A DNA stretch of 64,000 nt from Burkholderiales bacterium (GCA_046160525.1 JBJXGQ010000160.1:9096-73095), one strand, 5' to 3'; positions 1 through 9,974 are shown, counted from the first letter of the stretch. Translations and numbers: made by a program. The notes: generated from the letters alone by a model not told the origin.

Positions 1-2186
1 ATGGCGCCCACGCCACTGTGCACCACGTTCACCTTCACTTCGGCGTTGGTGAGTTTTTGCAGCGCATGCACCAAGGCTTCCTGGGAACCTTGCACGTCGG
101 CCTTCACGATCAAGGCCAGGGTCTTGATTTCGCCGGCGGCCATTTGGTCCAGCACACCGTCAAGCTTGGCTGCCTGCTTCTTGGCCAATTGCACGTCGCG
201 GAACTTACCTTGCCGGAAGAGCGCGATTTCGCGCGCCTTGCGTTCATCCCCCAGGACAATGAGTTCCTCACCCGCGGCCGGCAAATCCGCCAGGCCCTGA
301 ATCTCCACGGGAATGGATGGCCCGGCTTCTTGAATGTTGCGGCCAGTCTCGTCCAGCATGGCCCGCACGCGGCCAAAGGAAGCGCCCGCCAATACCACGT
401 CGCCGCGCTTCAAGGTGCCCGATTGCACCAGCACGGTGGCCACGGGCCCACGGCCTTTGTCCAAGCGCGATTCGATCACCACGCCCTTAGCCGCCGCCGC
501 ACGCGGGGCCTTCAATTCCATGACCTCGGCTTGCAACAGAATGGATTCGAGCAACCGGTCGATGCCCGCACCCGTTCGCGCGGAGACGTCCACGAAAATA
601 GTGTCGCCGCCCCAATCCTCGGGCACCACTGCGTGGGTGACCAATTCCTGGCGAATACGCTCGGGGTTGGCTTCGGGCTTGTCGATCTTGTTGACCGCCA
701 CCACTATGGACACCTTCGCCGCCTTGGCGTGATGCACCGCTTCGATGGTTTGGGGCATCACGCCGTCGTCGGCCGCCACCACCAGAATGACGATGTCAGT
801 GACCTTGGCCCCGCGCGCCCGCATGGCCGTGAAGGCCTCGTGGCCGGGCGTATCCAGAAAGGTGATCATGCCGCGCGGAGTTTCCACGTGGTAGGCCCCG
901 ATGTGCTGGGTAATGCCGCCCGCCTCGCCACTGGCCACGCGCGAGCTGCGAATGTGATCGAGCAAGGATGTCTTCCCATGGTCCACGTGGCCCATCACCG
1001 TTACCACCGGTGGGCGGTGTTCTCCGGTGGAGCGGGCATCCTGCTCCGCCAGGAAGGATTCGGGATCGTCGAGCTTGGCCCGCTTGGCGAGGTGGCCCAT
1101 TTCCTCCACCAGGATCATGGCGGTATCTTGGTCCAGCACCTGGTTGATGGTGACCATGGAGCCCATCTTCATGAGTTCCTTGATCACCTCGGCCGCCTTC
1201 ACGGACATCTTGTGCGCCAACTCGGCTACGGTAATGGTCTCGGGTACCAGCACTTCGTAGATCTTTTTCTCCACCACGACGGGCGCAACCGGCGCAGCCT
1301 CGGTCCGGTGTTTGCCGTGGCGGCTACGCGTATGCCAGCCCTGGGAGCCATCGTCTCCGCGCGTCTTGAGGGCGCGCCTGCGAGCGGCGTCGTCTTGCCA
1401 ACCTGTAGTCTTGGCGGGCGCTTTCTTCGCTGCTTTCTTGGCGTCGGCGGCGTCGGGCGCGCGCGCGCCCGCTGGGCGGTGCAAAGTGCCCTCGCCCACC
1501 ACCTTGGCTTCGGGCTTCGCCGGTTCAGCCACAACGGCGGGGGCCGGGGCGGGAGCGGCAGCCTGTACAGGGGCAGCCACCGCGGGAGTAGCTTCGGCCA
1601 CAACCTCTTTGGCCGGTACCTTAACCTTGCCCTTGGCGGGCTTTATCTCTTCGGCGGGTGCTTGTTCGGGTGGTGCTTCCACCGGCGCGACGGGGGCGGC
1701 TTCCGGCAGGGCTTCAACTACTTTCTTGCGCGGCTTCTTGTCCTCGACCTTCTTGGCGATCTCGGCGGCTTGGATGGCGCTCAACTCCGCATTCTTGCGG
1801 GCTTCCACTTCGCGCAGGGCCACTTCCTTGGGGTCGATCACGTGCACCACGGGCTTGGCTTCGGGTACCTCTTCCGGCGCATTCGGGTCGCGCTTGACCA
1901 GCACGCGCTTCTTGCGCACCTCGACTTGAATGGTGCGCGAGCGTCCCGAGGAATCGGCGCGCTTGATCTCCGTGGTCTGGCGCCGGGTCAGCGTGATTTT
2001 CTGCTGGCCTTCCTTATTGCCGTGCATGCGGCGCAAGTATTCGAGCAGTTGCGTCTTGTCCTGCTCGGTAAGAGGCGTGTCGGGGACCAGCTTCTTGCTT
2101 ACACCCGCGGCGCCGAGCTGTTCCAGCAGTACGTGCGGGGCAATGCCCAACTCGGTGGCAAATTGCGAAACATTCGATTGAGGCAT
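1..2186 (-). CDS. infB: Translation initiation factor IF-2 (5' portion; gene continues past the left edge)
   Basis: Not in the ORF track because there is no in-window stop. Manual minus-strand translation from ATG 2186..2184 gives [32 protein letters not shown]... Further in, it gives G-domain motifs [16 protein letters not shown] and DTPGHEAF. It lies 19 nt downstream of nusA, the canonical nusA-infB order. Confidence 0.93.
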   Translation of the reverse strand, partial: MPQSNVSQFATELGIAPHVLLEQLGAAGVSKKLVPDTPLTEQDKTQLLEYLRRMHGNKEGQQKITLTRRQTTEIKRADSSGRSRTIQVEVRKKRVLVKRDPNAPEEVPEAKPVVHVIDPKEVALREVEARKNAELSAIQAAEIAKKVEDKKPRKKVVEALPEAAPVAPVEAPPEQAPAEEIKPAKGKVKVPAKEVVAEATPAVAAPVQAAAPAPAPAVVAEPAKPEAKVVGEGTLHRPAGARAPDAADAKKAAKKAPAKTTGWQDDAARRRALKTRGDDGSQGWHTRSRHGKHRTEAAPVAPVVVEKKIYEVLVPETITVAELAHKMSVKAAEVIKELMKMGSMVTINQVLDQDTAMILVEEMGHLAKRAKLDDPESFLAEQDARSTGEHRPPVVTVMGHVDHGKTSLLDHIRSSRVASGEAGGITQHIGAYHVETPRGMITFLDTPGHEAFTAMRARGAKVTDIVILVVAADDGVMPQTIEAVHHAKAAKVSIVVAVNKIDKPEANPERIRQELVTHAVVPEDWGGDTIFVDVSARTGAGIDRLLESILLQAEVMELKAPRAAAAKGVVIESRLDKGRGPVATVLVQSGTLKRGDVVLAGASFGRVRAMLDETGRNIQEAGPSIPVEIQGLADLPAAGEELIVLGDERKAREIALFRQGKFRDVQLAKKQAAKLDGVLDQMAAGEIKTLALIVKADVQGSQEALVHALQKLTNAEVKVNVVHSGVGA

Positions 2187-2205
2187 CCAGATCTCCGGCG
2201 ATAAT

Positions 2206-3678
2206 TCAGACGAACCACGGTGCGCGGGCGGTCATGATCAACTGCTTGGCCCGCTCCGCATCCATCGCGGTCAGCTCCACCAGATCGTCCGCCGCGAGTT
2301 CGGCTAAGTCTTCCTGTGTATTGATTCCCTTGGTGGCGAGCAAGCGCGCCATTTGCTCGTCCATGCCCTCCATGCTTTGTAGGTCGGTGGCCACGTTTTC
2401 CACTTTTTCTTCCGTGGCGATTTCTTGTTTCAGCAGCGAATTGCGCGCACGGCTGCGCAGCTCGGTGATGGTGTCCGCGTCGAACTGTTCGATTTCCTGC
2501 AATTCGCTCAAGGGTAAGTAAGCGATATGCTCCAGGGTGGTGAAGCCCGCGTCCACCAAGATTTGCGCGACTTCTTCGTCCACGTCCAATTTGTCCATGA
2601 ACAAGCCGCGTACGCTGGCCGATTCCTTCTCGTGCTTGGTGGAGGATTCCTCCTCCGTCATGATATTGAGTACCCAGCCCGTGAGTTCGCTCGCGAGGCG
2701 CACATTCTGCCCGCTGCGGCCGATGGCTTGCGCCAAGTTCTCGTCATCGACCACGATGTCCATGCTGTGGGTCTCCTCGTCCACCAGGATGCTGGCCACT
2801 TCGGCCGGCGCCAAGGCGTTGATCACGAACTGCGCGGGATCTTGCGCCCACAGAATGATGTCCACGCGCTCGCCGGCCAGTTCGCCGGTGACCGCTTGCA
2901 CGCGCGAACCGCGCATGCCCACGCAGGTGCCGATGGGATCGATGCGCGGCTCGTTGGATTTCACCGCGATCTTGGCGCGCGAGCCTGGGTCGCGCGCGGC
3001 GGCTTTGATCTCCAGCAATCCCTCTTCGATTTCCGGTACTTCCAACTCGAAGAGCTTCACCAGAAATTCGGGCGCGATGCGCGAGAGCACCAACTGCGGC
3101 CCCCTGCTCACTCTGTCCACGCGCAGGAGGTAGCCGCGAACGCGATCGCCCACGCGAAGATTCTCTTTCGGGATCATTTGATCGCGAGGCAACGCGGCTT
3201 CAATGCGCCCGATTTCTATGATGGCGCTACCGCGCTCGATGCGCTTGATGGTGCCCGATACGAGGTGTTCCTTGCGCGCCAGGAAGTCGTTGAGGATTTG
3301 CTCGCGTTCCGCGTCGCGAATCTTTTGCAGAATGACTTGCTTGGCGGCCTGGGCGCCGATACGGCCAAACTCGATGGGCTCAAGGGGCTCCTCGATAATA
3401 TCGCCCAACTGTGCCTCGGGATTGTTTTCCCGGGCCTCGTCCAAGGTAAGCTGGGCGGCTGGCAGCTCGAAGGCGTCGTCGGCCACGACCTGCCACCGGC
3501 GAAAGGACTGATAATCCCCCGTCGCACGGTCCACGGAAACACGCACGTCGGCGTCATCCTTGAAGCGGCGCTTGGTAGCCGAGGCCAAGGCGAGTTCCAG
3601 CGCGCCGAAGACGATTTCCTTCTCGACGTTCTTCTCTCGCGCCAGGGCGTCCACCAACAATAAAATCTCTTTGCTCAT
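2206..3678 (-). CDS. nusA: Transcription termination/antitermination factor NusA
   Basis: 490-aa ORF starting [28 protein letters not shown], with S1/KH-like regions and C-terminal acidic repeats. It sits between rimP and infB. Confidence 0.97.
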   Translation of the reverse strand: MSKEILLLVDALAREKNVEKEIVFGALELALASATKRRFKDDADVRVSVDRATGDYQSFRRWQVVADDAFELPAAQLTLDEARENNPEAQLGDIIEEPLEPIEFGRIGAQAAKQVILQKIRDAEREQILNDFLARKEHLVSGTIKRIERGSAIIEIGRIEAALPRDQMIPKENLRVGDRVRGYLLRVDRVSRGPQLVLSRIAPEFLVKLFELEVPEIEEGLLEIKAAARDPGSRAKIAVKSNEPRIDPIGTCVGMRGSRVQAVTGELAGERVDIILWAQDPAQFVINALAPAEVASILVDEETHSMDIVVDDENLAQAIGRSGQNVRLASELTGWVLNIMTEEESSTKHEKESASVRGLFMDKLDVDEEVAQILVDAGFTTLEHIAYLPLSELQEIEQFDADTITELRSRARNSLLKQEIATEEKVENVATDLQSMEGMDEQMARLLATKGINTQEDLAELAADDLVELTAMDAERAKQLIMTARAPWFV

Positions 3679-3692
3679 CGTCTAAATCCTCG

Positions 3693-4121
3693 CTAAATCT
3701 TGGGCACCAGCCGTGCCTTGTCCAAATCGGCCACCTGCAAAGGCAGCAGCGCGCCTTCCACCTCGAGCAACACCGCCTGATCCGCTACGCCCTTGAGCGT
3801 GCCGACGAATCGCTTGCGTCCGTTGAGCGGGAGACGTAGTTTCAATTCGGCTTGCTGGCCCGCGAAGCGCTCGAAATCCCGCAGGGATTTCAGTGGCCGG
3901 TCCAACCCGGGTGAGGATACTTCCAGCCGGTCGTAATCGATATTTTCCACCGCGAGCACACGGCTCAAATGGTGGCTCACAAAAGCACAGTCGTCCACGG
4001 TGATGCCACCGGAACGATCAATGAAGAGGCGAATCAGCCTCCCTCGCCCTGGCAATTCGACATCCACCAATTCAAAACCCAATCCGGTGATGGTCGTATC
4101 CAGTAACTGTGCTAATGCCAT
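3693..4121 (-). CDS. rimP: Ribosome maturation factor RimP
   Basis: The track ORF is 3693..4220. The family-typical N-terminus MALAQLLDTTITGLGFELVDVE starts at ATG 4121. The extra 33 codons contain an intrinsic terminator hairpin, so the shorter start is preferred. Confidence 0.85.
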   Translation of the reverse strand: MALAQLLDTTITGLGFELVDVELPGRGRLIRLFIDRSGGITVDDCAFVSHHLSRVLAVENIDYDRLEVSSPGLDRPLKSLRDFERFAGQQAELKLRLPLNGRKRFVGTLKGVADQAVLLEVEGALLPLQVADLDKARLVPKI

Positions 4122-4169
4122 GCCTTGCTTGAACCCCAATCCTTGAACCCGCGACACTAATAAACGGTA

Positions 4170-4205
4170 CAAATAAAAAATGGGCATCCCGCCCATTTCT
4201 TTTTT
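4170..4205 (-). terminator. Intrinsic terminator-like hairpin in the rimP-nusA-infB leader (candidate attenuator)
   Basis: 8-bp stem AAATGGGC / GCCCATTT (4178-4185 pairs with 4191-4198) with a 5-nt loop. On the minus strand it is followed by TTTATTTG, and on the plus strand by CTTTTTT. It lies about 55 nt upstream of the rimP ATG. Confidence 0.5.
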
Positions 4206-4218
4206 CCGAAGTCGCTGC

Positions 4219-4247
4219 ATATTACCAGAATGTCTTTGAAGTTTGAA
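4219..4247 (-). promoter_or_regulatory. Candidate sigma70 promoter for rimP-nusA-infB
   Basis: Minus-strand reading is TTCAAA (4247..4242), a 17-nt spacer, then TAATAT (4224..4219). Each hexamer matches consensus at 4/6. Confidence 0.3.
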
Positions 4248-4287
4248 TCAGTTAGAGCCCACTATTCTGGTGGCATGGCGTGACAAA

Positions 4288-5466
4288 ATGCGCTCCATGA
4301 CCTCATCCCTCCCCGTTTTCGATTTTGACCAGCCCGCCGACCGGCGGGCCACCGGCAGTAGCAAGTGGGACAAGTACGCGGGTCGCGACATCCTTCCGCT
4401 GTGGGTGGCGGACATGGACTTTCGCTCCCCTCCTTGCGTCACCGCGGCTCTGCATGCCCGGGTGGATCACGGCATCTTCGGGTACACGGACCCCACGGAC
4501 GAACTGGCGCAGACTCTCATCGCGCACTTGGAAGACCAGTATCGCTGGCAGATCAAGAAGGAGTGGATCGTCTGGCTCCCCGGCTTGGTGACGGGTTTGA
4601 ACTTGGCCGCCCGCGCCTTTTGCGATCCCGGCCAGCAGGCCATTACGGCTACCCCTGTCTATCCACCCTTCCTTTCCGCACCCCTTAACCAGGGGCGAGA
4701 AGTCTTGCGGGTTCCCATGGCCTTGAATGGGAACCGCTGGGCTTGGGATATGGACCAGTTGGACTCCATGCTCACTCCCCAAACCAGTATGCTTTCCCTT
4801 TGCAACCCCCACAATCCCGTGGGCCGTGTGTTTACCCAGGACGAGTTGCACGATCTGGCCAGCCGCTGCGCCCGCCACAAGCTCGTCCTATGCTCCGACG
4901 AGATTCACTGCGGGCTCATTCTGGATGCCTCCAAGAAGCACATCCCCATCGCCAGCCTTTCCCCCGAGATCTGCGCCTCAACCGTAACCCTGATGGCACC
5001 CAGCAAAACTTTTAACCTGCCCGGCCTGGGCTGTGCCTTCGCCATCGTCTCCAATGCGCAGCTGAGGGCGCGCATGAAGCGGGCGGCGGCGGGGGTCGTC
5101 CCCAGGGTGAACGCCTTGGGATTCACGGCCGCCCAGGCCGCCTACGGCGATGGCGAACCGTGGCGCGCGGCACTGCTCGCCTACCTGCGCGGCAATCGCG
5201 ATCTGGTGCTCGAAGCCATCGGTACCATGCCGGGTCTGCGGGTTTTCCCCATGGAGGCAACCTACCTGGCGTGGATCGACGCGCGTGCCTTGGGCCAGCC
5301 CAACCCAACGAAATTTTTCGAGGAGGCCGGCGTGGGGCTCTCCGACGGCGCGGAGTTCGGCGCGCCTGGGTATGTGCGGTTGAACTTCGGCTGCACGCGT
5401 ACCCTGCTGCGCCAAGGGCTGGCGCGCATGGCGAGCGCTATCGCCAAGCTCAAAATTTCAGGTTGA
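4288..5466 (+). CDS. PLP-dependent C-S lyase / aminotransferase, MalY/PatB family (cystathionine beta-lyase-like)
   Basis: N-terminal FDFDQPADRRATGSSKWDKY and the PLP-lysine context APSKTFNLPGLG are typical of PatB/MalY. The track ORF starts at TTG 4243. ATG 4288 or 4297 fits the family N-terminus better, so the start is uncertain. Confidence 0.85.
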   Translation: MRSMTSSLPVFDFDQPADRRATGSSKWDKYAGRDILPLWVADMDFRSPPCVTAALHARVDHGIFGYTDPTDELAQTLIAHLEDQYRWQIKKEWIVWLPGLVTGLNLAARAFCDPGQQAITATPVYPPFLSAPLNQGREVLRVPMALNGNRWAWDMDQLDSMLTPQTSMLSLCNPHNPVGRVFTQDELHDLASRCARHKLVLCSDEIHCGLILDASKKHIPIASLSPEICASTVTLMAPSKTFNLPGLGCAFAIVSNAQLRARMKRAAAGVVPRVNALGFTAAQAAYGDGEPWRAALLAYLRGNRDLVLEAIGTMPGLRVFPMEATYLAWIDARALGQPNPTKFFEEAGVGLSDGAEFGAPGYVRLNFGCTRTLLRQGLARMASAIAKLKISG

Positions 5467-7558
5467 GCGCCAAGCGAAACTGCCTGGGTTCCACGGGATG
5501 AAAGTGAATGCCGTCCACACCGGCGGATCCATCCGCACACACGCCTGGAGTCTCTCCGGCCAGCCGCGAGCAGTAGTAGTACTCCACGTCGCTGTCCCGG
5601 CGGCCGAAAAGATTGAGAACGTCGAATCGAAGCTGCAGCTTGTCTATCTCATAGACTAGGCGCAGGTTAGTAAGTGTCGTGGAACCCGAGCGCACACTGT
5701 TATCCTCGATGAGAGGGCGCGGCCCAAAGTGACGAACCTGCAGCGCGGCCGACCAAGGGCCCAGATCCTCCACGTAGAAACCCACTTGCAAGGTGCGTTC
5801 GGGGGAACCCGGAATGTAACCGCCGGCCGGATCGGCACCGGTAAAGCGCGACTTCGACAATGCCAGGTCCACTTCCACCGACAACCACTGTGCCGCGCGC
5901 CACGAGGTGATCCATTCGGCGCCCTGCCGCGTGCTAGGCCGGCTGGCGAGCGTCGCACCGGCGTCGCCAACGAATAGCAACTCGGATGCGGAGTCCAACC
6001 TCCATAGCGCCAGCGAACTTTGCACGCCTTGGATGAATTGGGTTCTGGCGCCTAATTCACCACCTTTGGTTCGCACCAGCGGGGTGACCCTTTGCACGGG
6101 CGTGAGGCCATCGGATGGGTCCACCGTGATCACCGTGCCGCGGGCATCGTTACTATGAAAACCCTGCCCGTAGTTCACGAAGAACTCCGTGTTGGACCAC
6201 GGCCCGAGGACAACCGCGAGCTTGGGGGAAGCGATATGGTCGCTCAGCGACCCGGAGTTCGCGGCATTATTGCTTACGACATCAAACTGGTAGAAATCCG
6301 CGCGTAGGCCCAACACGGTACGCAACCACGGCTTCCATTGCGCGAAATTCTCCGCAAAGAGGCCAGCGCTACCTTCGTTGACCGCGTCTTCGCGAGTAAG
6401 GGAAAGAAACTGGCGGTTACGCGTCTTGTACAGCCCCACCTTGCCAATATCGTCGTAACGTAACTGCAAGCCGGCCCTGTTCTCCATATCGGCGCCGCCC
6501 CATCGCGTGGCCCAGCGGTAGTCTGCTTGGCCGCCGTAAACCCTGCGCTGGTCCGTCTGCTGAAATTGGTCTGCGTTGACAGGGTCGCTCAAGAAGTAAG
6601 TAAAGTTGGACCACAAGCCCAGGGAGTATTGAATGAAATACGCGCTGGCATTCCATTGCCCTGCGCCCGAGGCACGGCGCAAGTTCGCCGAGAGGCTATA
6701 GCGTTCGCTCTCGCCTCCGTCGCTGGGATCCACGGCGCCAAAACGGTCTAATAGACCCGAAGCCACCGCGCGCTTGGGGATCTGGTCGGTGGCGTCCCAA
6801 TTGGCCCGGTAGGCCATTGCGGTCAAACTCCAAGTGCCGCCACCTTCACCTTGGCTGTAACGCAGGACGCCATTTAACTTGCGCAAGTTCTCCGGGTTCA
6901 CCCACGGCCCTTCGTTTTCGTTCCACTCCATGGCGTAGAGCCACTTGCCAGGGCCCGCGGGAGTGGAGTCCACCACCAATCCTCTTAAATAGCGGTCAGT
7001 TCCCAAGGTAAGACCACCTAAACCATGTTTCACTTGATCGAAGAGGCGAAAGTGGGCCGCGCCGGCCGAGGCGAAGTCGCCCTCTTCCGCGAAGTAGGGC
7101 CCCTTGTGGAAATCGACGCGCGCAACCAACTCCGGAATCATGAAGTTGATATCAGCGTAGCCTTGCCCATGGCCGTGGCTGCGCATGTTGGCGGGCATGC
7201 CATCCAGGTGCACCGCGAAATCGGTGCCGTGATCCAGATTGAACCCGCGAAGGTAGTACTGATTCGCCTTACCGCTCCCGCTGTGCTGGGTCACGGTCAT
7301 CCCCGGCACCAACTCCAATACCTCACCCGTTCCGAGGGTGGGGCGCTGCATGAGTTGCTTGGAGTTGACGCTGCCTTGGCTGGACGCATCGGAGGTGCCT
7401 ATGCCACTTTCGTAATGGCCAATCACCTCCACCGTTGGAGCTTCGATTTCAGCCTGTGCCGCTGCGCTCGGGATGTAGCCACTCACCGCGAACACCAGCA
7501 TGCTTGGCAGCCAGGCAAGGAAAGGTCTTGCCCCGAAAAGGGTACTTAAAGCATGCAT
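5450..7558 (-). CDS. TonB-dependent outer-membrane receptor
   Basis: 702 aa. It has a signal peptide ending AAAQA, a plug region (VLELVPGMTVTQHSGSGKANQYYLRGF), a beta-barrel-type sequence and a terminal aromatic residue (LNLKF). Confidence 0.9.
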   Translation of the reverse strand: MHALSTLFGARPFLAWLPSMLVFAVSGYIPSAAAQAEIEAPTVEVIGHYESGIGTSDASSQGSVNSKQLMQRPTLGTGEVLELVPGMTVTQHSGSGKANQYYLRGFNLDHGTDFAVHLDGMPANMRSHGHGQGYADINFMIPELVARVDFHKGPYFAEEGDFASAGAAHFRLFDQVKHGLGGLTLGTDRYLRGLVVDSTPAGPGKWLYAMEWNENEGPWVNPENLRKLNGVLRYSQGEGGGTWSLTAMAYRANWDATDQIPKRAVASGLLDRFGAVDPSDGGESERYSLSANLRRASGAGQWNASAYFIQYSLGLWSNFTYFLSDPVNADQFQQTDQRRVYGGQADYRWATRWGGADMENRAGLQLRYDDIGKVGLYKTRNRQFLSLTREDAVNEGSAGLFAENFAQWKPWLRTVLGLRADFYQFDVVSNNAANSGSLSDHIASPKLAVVLGPWSNTEFFVNYGQGFHSNDARGTVITVDPSDGLTPVQRVTPLVRTKGGELGARTQFIQGVQSSLALWRLDSASELLFVGDAGATLASRPSTRQGAEWITSWRAAQWLSVEVDLALSKSRFTGADPAGGYIPGSPERTLQVGFYVEDLGPWSAALQVRHFGPRPLIEDNSVRSGSTTLTNLRLVYEIDKLQLRFDVLNLFGRRDSDVEYYYCSRLAGETPGVCADGSAGVDGIHFHPVEPRQFRLALNLKF

Positions 7559-7729
7559 GGACCGCGTAGTTATTTCTGCCGCAGAGTTCTAACACTCTGC
7601 CATATTGAGTTGGTTTGCGCCGGATATTAAAGCGAAATCCCGCCGCACACCTTGCTCGCCCTAGCGCCAGGATGTACCAGGTCAAGATTCCGTTAAGATT
7701 CTCTCGAACTCGTATGAAACGGAGACCCC

Positions 7730-8116
7730 ATGGCAATCGACGGTATGAATCACTTCACCGTGCTCACCAGCGATCTGGACAAGTGCAAGGCCTTTTATAT
7801 GGGCATTCTCGGATTGTCGGAAGGATACCGTCCGCCCCTCAGTTTCCCCGGGGCGTGGCTGTATTCGGGAAAGCAAGCCGTGCTGCACGTCATTGCAGGC
7901 AGGCCTCTACCGGCCGAGGCACAAGGTGTCATCGATCACATGGCCTTTACCGCGTCCAACCTTCAGTCCGTCGTGGATATCCTGAAAAAACACGGCATCC
8001 AATTCGAATTACGGCGGCAAAAGGGACCGGAAACCTGGCAACTCTTCTGCTATGACCCGGATGGCGCGCGGGTGGAACTGGATTTTGTAGCTAGCGAACC
8101 GGAGCCTGTTCGCTAG
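7730..8116 (+). CDS. VOC/glyoxalase-bleomycin resistance family protein
   Basis: 128 aa. MNHFTVLTSDLDKCKAFYMGILGL and DPDGARVELDF are typical VOC-fold motifs. Confidence 0.85.
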   Translation: MAIDGMNHFTVLTSDLDKCKAFYMGILGLSEGYRPPLSFPGAWLYSGKQAVLHVIAGRPLPAEAQGVIDHMAFTASNLQSVVDILKKHGIQFELRRQKGPETWQLFCYDPDGARVELDFVASEPEPVR

Positions 8117-8354
8117 GTTTTGGCGTGACGGTGGGAGACGGCGTCTCGGGGTGTTCCTCGGAAGGTGGCCGTTCCTGCTTAATATTCTCCGCCGGAAAAC
8201 CACGCTCGCGCTTGTAATAGTCCATCCAGTTGGCCACACTACCCTCTTGCACCCGCTCGGCGGCGTCCTTGGGCTGATTTGCCATCGCAAATCCGCCGGC
8301 AAGGACGGCACCTATCGCGAAGCTCGCTGCAACCGCTGCCGTAGAACACCGCAT
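8091..8354 (-). CDS. Small hypothetical exported protein
   Basis: 87 aa with a hydrophobic N-terminus (AAVAASFAIGAVLAGGFAMA) and a Pro/Glu-rich tail. The SD is weak and I recognise no family. Confidence 0.4.
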   Translation of the reverse strand: MRCSTAAVAASFAIGAVLAGGFAMANQPKDAAERVQEGSVANWMDYYKRERGFPAENIKQERPPSEEHPETPSPTVTPKPSEQAPVR

Positions 8355-8424
8355 CCGAATAGTTCCCGCCTAAAGAATACGAGGGTACACGAAGAATGTT
8401 TTTGCACCCCCTTATGCGGCCTCG

Positions 8425-8445
8425 TTATACTTGATGGGAATATAA
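8425..8445. promoter_or_regulatory. LysR-type T-N11-A box
   Basis: TTATA-N11-TATAA dyad (ttatacttgatgggaatataa), ending 20 nt upstream of the CysB-family gene start and lying between divergent genes. Confidence 0.4.
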
Positions 8446-8464
8446 CCATCGCCGGTCATAAGTC

Positions 8465-9385
8465 ATGAATCTCCAACAACTGCGTTGCATCTGCGAGGTC
8501 GCCCAGCAAGGTCTCAATCTCTCCCGGGCCGCGAAAACGCTTTTCACATCGCAGCCGGGCATTAGCCGCCAGATCTTGCAGTTGGAGGAAGAACTCGGAG
8601 TGAAAGTTTTCGAGCGCAGCGGAAAACGACTCGTGGCGGTGACCGAGCCAGGCCAGGAAATTCTGCGTATCGCCCAGCGTGTGCTGCTCGATGCTCGCAG
8701 CCTCAAGGAAGTCGGGCAGGAGTTTAGCCAGGCGGCCAGCGGCGAACTGACGATCGCCACTACACACACGCAGGCGCGCTACGTTTTGCCGCAGGTTATC
8801 AAGCGCTTCATGAAGCGCTACCCCAAAGTCAAGCTATCGTTACGCCAGGGGAACCCCAACGAGATCGCGCAGATGGCCATCAACGGCCAGGCCGACTTCG
8901 CCATCGCAACGGAAGCCATCGCCCGCTACGAACAACTCGTGTCCTTCGAGTGCTACCAATGGAACCGCTGCATCCTGGTGCTGCCAGGGCATCCGCTGCT
9001 GAAGGAGAAACCCGTCACGCTCGAAGCCTTGGCGCGTTACCCCATCATCACCTATGACTTGAATTTCGCCGGGCGCTCGTTGATGAACAAGGCCTTCGAG
9101 GCCAAGGGATTGACGCCTAACGTCGCGCTCGCGGCCATCGATGCCGATGTGATCAAGACTTATGTGGGCCTGGGCCTGGGAATAGGTATCGTGGCGGCCA
9201 TGGCCTACGACAAGGCCCAGGACCGCGCCTTTCGCATGATGGACGCCTCGCATCTCTTCGAGCCCAGCATCACTCGCCTCGGGATACGGCGCCATGGTTA
9301 TCTGCGGGCCTACGCCTACGACTTCATCGAAATGTTCGCGCCGCACTTGAACCACCGGACCATCGCGGACGCCTTGCATCAATAA
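8465..9385 (+). CDS. cysB: LysR-family transcriptional regulator, CysB/Cbl subfamily
   Basis: MNLQQLRCICEVAQQGLNLSRAAKTLFTSQPGISRQILQLEEELG and IATTHTQARYVLPQVIKRF closely follow the E. coli CysB pattern. CysB versus Cbl/SsuR cannot be resolved by eye. Confidence 0.88.
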   Translation: MNLQQLRCICEVAQQGLNLSRAAKTLFTSQPGISRQILQLEEELGVKVFERSGKRLVAVTEPGQEILRIAQRVLLDARSLKEVGQEFSQAASGELTIATTHTQARYVLPQVIKRFMKRYPKVKLSLRQGNPNEIAQMAINGQADFAIATEAIARYEQLVSFECYQWNRCILVLPGHPLLKEKPVTLEALARYPIITYDLNFAGRSLMNKAFEAKGLTPNVALAAIDADVIKTYVGLGLGIGIVAAMAYDKAQDRAFRMMDASHLFEPSITRLGIRRHGYLRAYAYDFIEMFAPHLNHRTIADALHQ

Positions 9386-9404
9386 GCAGTCATCCGCCAT
9401 TTGA

Positions 9405-9974
9405 CTAGCACTCCGGTGGCGAACCTGCCTTCTCCAGCATCTGAACGGCCGCGGTGAAATTGCTTTGTTTCGCCAGGCACAAGGCCGTCAATCCTTCGCC
9501 GGTGCGCATGCCCACGTCGGCGCCAGCGTTAACGAGAAGAGCGATCAGTTCGGCATTGCCCCTGCGCGCGGCCTGGGTGAGTGGCGTATCGCCAGCCGGG
9601 TCCTGGGCGTTGACTTGGGCGCCAGCACCTAGTAACAAGATCACCATGTCGCGGTTTTCGTTGAAGGCCGCGATCATCAAGGGTGTCTGCTTGGTCTCGG
9701 GCGCGCCTAGATCCACCGTGGCGCCTTTCTCCAGGAGCTTCTTGGCGATTTCCGTGTAGCCGAATACGGCCGCGTGATACAAGGCGGTGCGCGCGTCCTT
9801 CAGATCGCTATCCTTGGAATTGGGATCTACTCCCTGGGCGAGCAGTTTGTCTACTTCGCTCATCTTGTTATCGCGCACCGCTTGCACCAAACGCACTCCG
9901 GGCGGGTCTTTTTTCCCGCAACCCAGCGCGCCTAACATCACCATCGCGGCCAGAAGGCATGCAAGCAGACGCAT
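9405..9974 (-). CDS. Ankyrin-repeat lipoprotein
   Basis: The track ORF (to 10439) overlaps the upstream ACAD gene in another frame. The real start is ATG 9974, giving MRLLACLLAAMVMLGALGCGKK (lipobox), followed by at least 3 ANK repeats (TPLMIAAFNENRDMVILLLGAGAQVNAQD...). Confidence 0.85.
   Translation of the reverse strand: MRLLACLLAAMVMLGALGCGKKDPPGVRLVQAVRDNKMSEVDKLLAQGVDPNSKDSDLKDARTALYHAAVFGYTEIAKKLLEKGATVDLGAPETKQTPLMIAAFNENRDMVILLLGAGAQVNAQDPAGDTPLTQAARRGNAELIALLVNAGADVGMRTGEGLTALCLAKQSNFTAAVQMLEKAGSPPEC

Noticed and set aside
18-2204. A 728-aa plus-strand ORF spanning the whole left end.
   Set aside because: It is antisense to a clearly recognisable infB. Its composition is dominated by His/Leu/Gly/Arg/Gln, typical of shadow ORFs in high-GC DNA, and it has no recognisable motifs.
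2527-3663. A 378-aa plus-strand ORF, plus the other long antisense or alternate-frame ORFs (for example 43132..43917, 57941..58855, 53227..54489, 12538..13197 and 23449..24138).
   Set aside because: Each lies entirely inside a confidently identified gene (nusA, clpX, the TPP enzyme, the FAD oxidase, the aminotransferase, the hydratase). Each has Arg/Gly/His-rich low-information sequence and no SD or family motifs.
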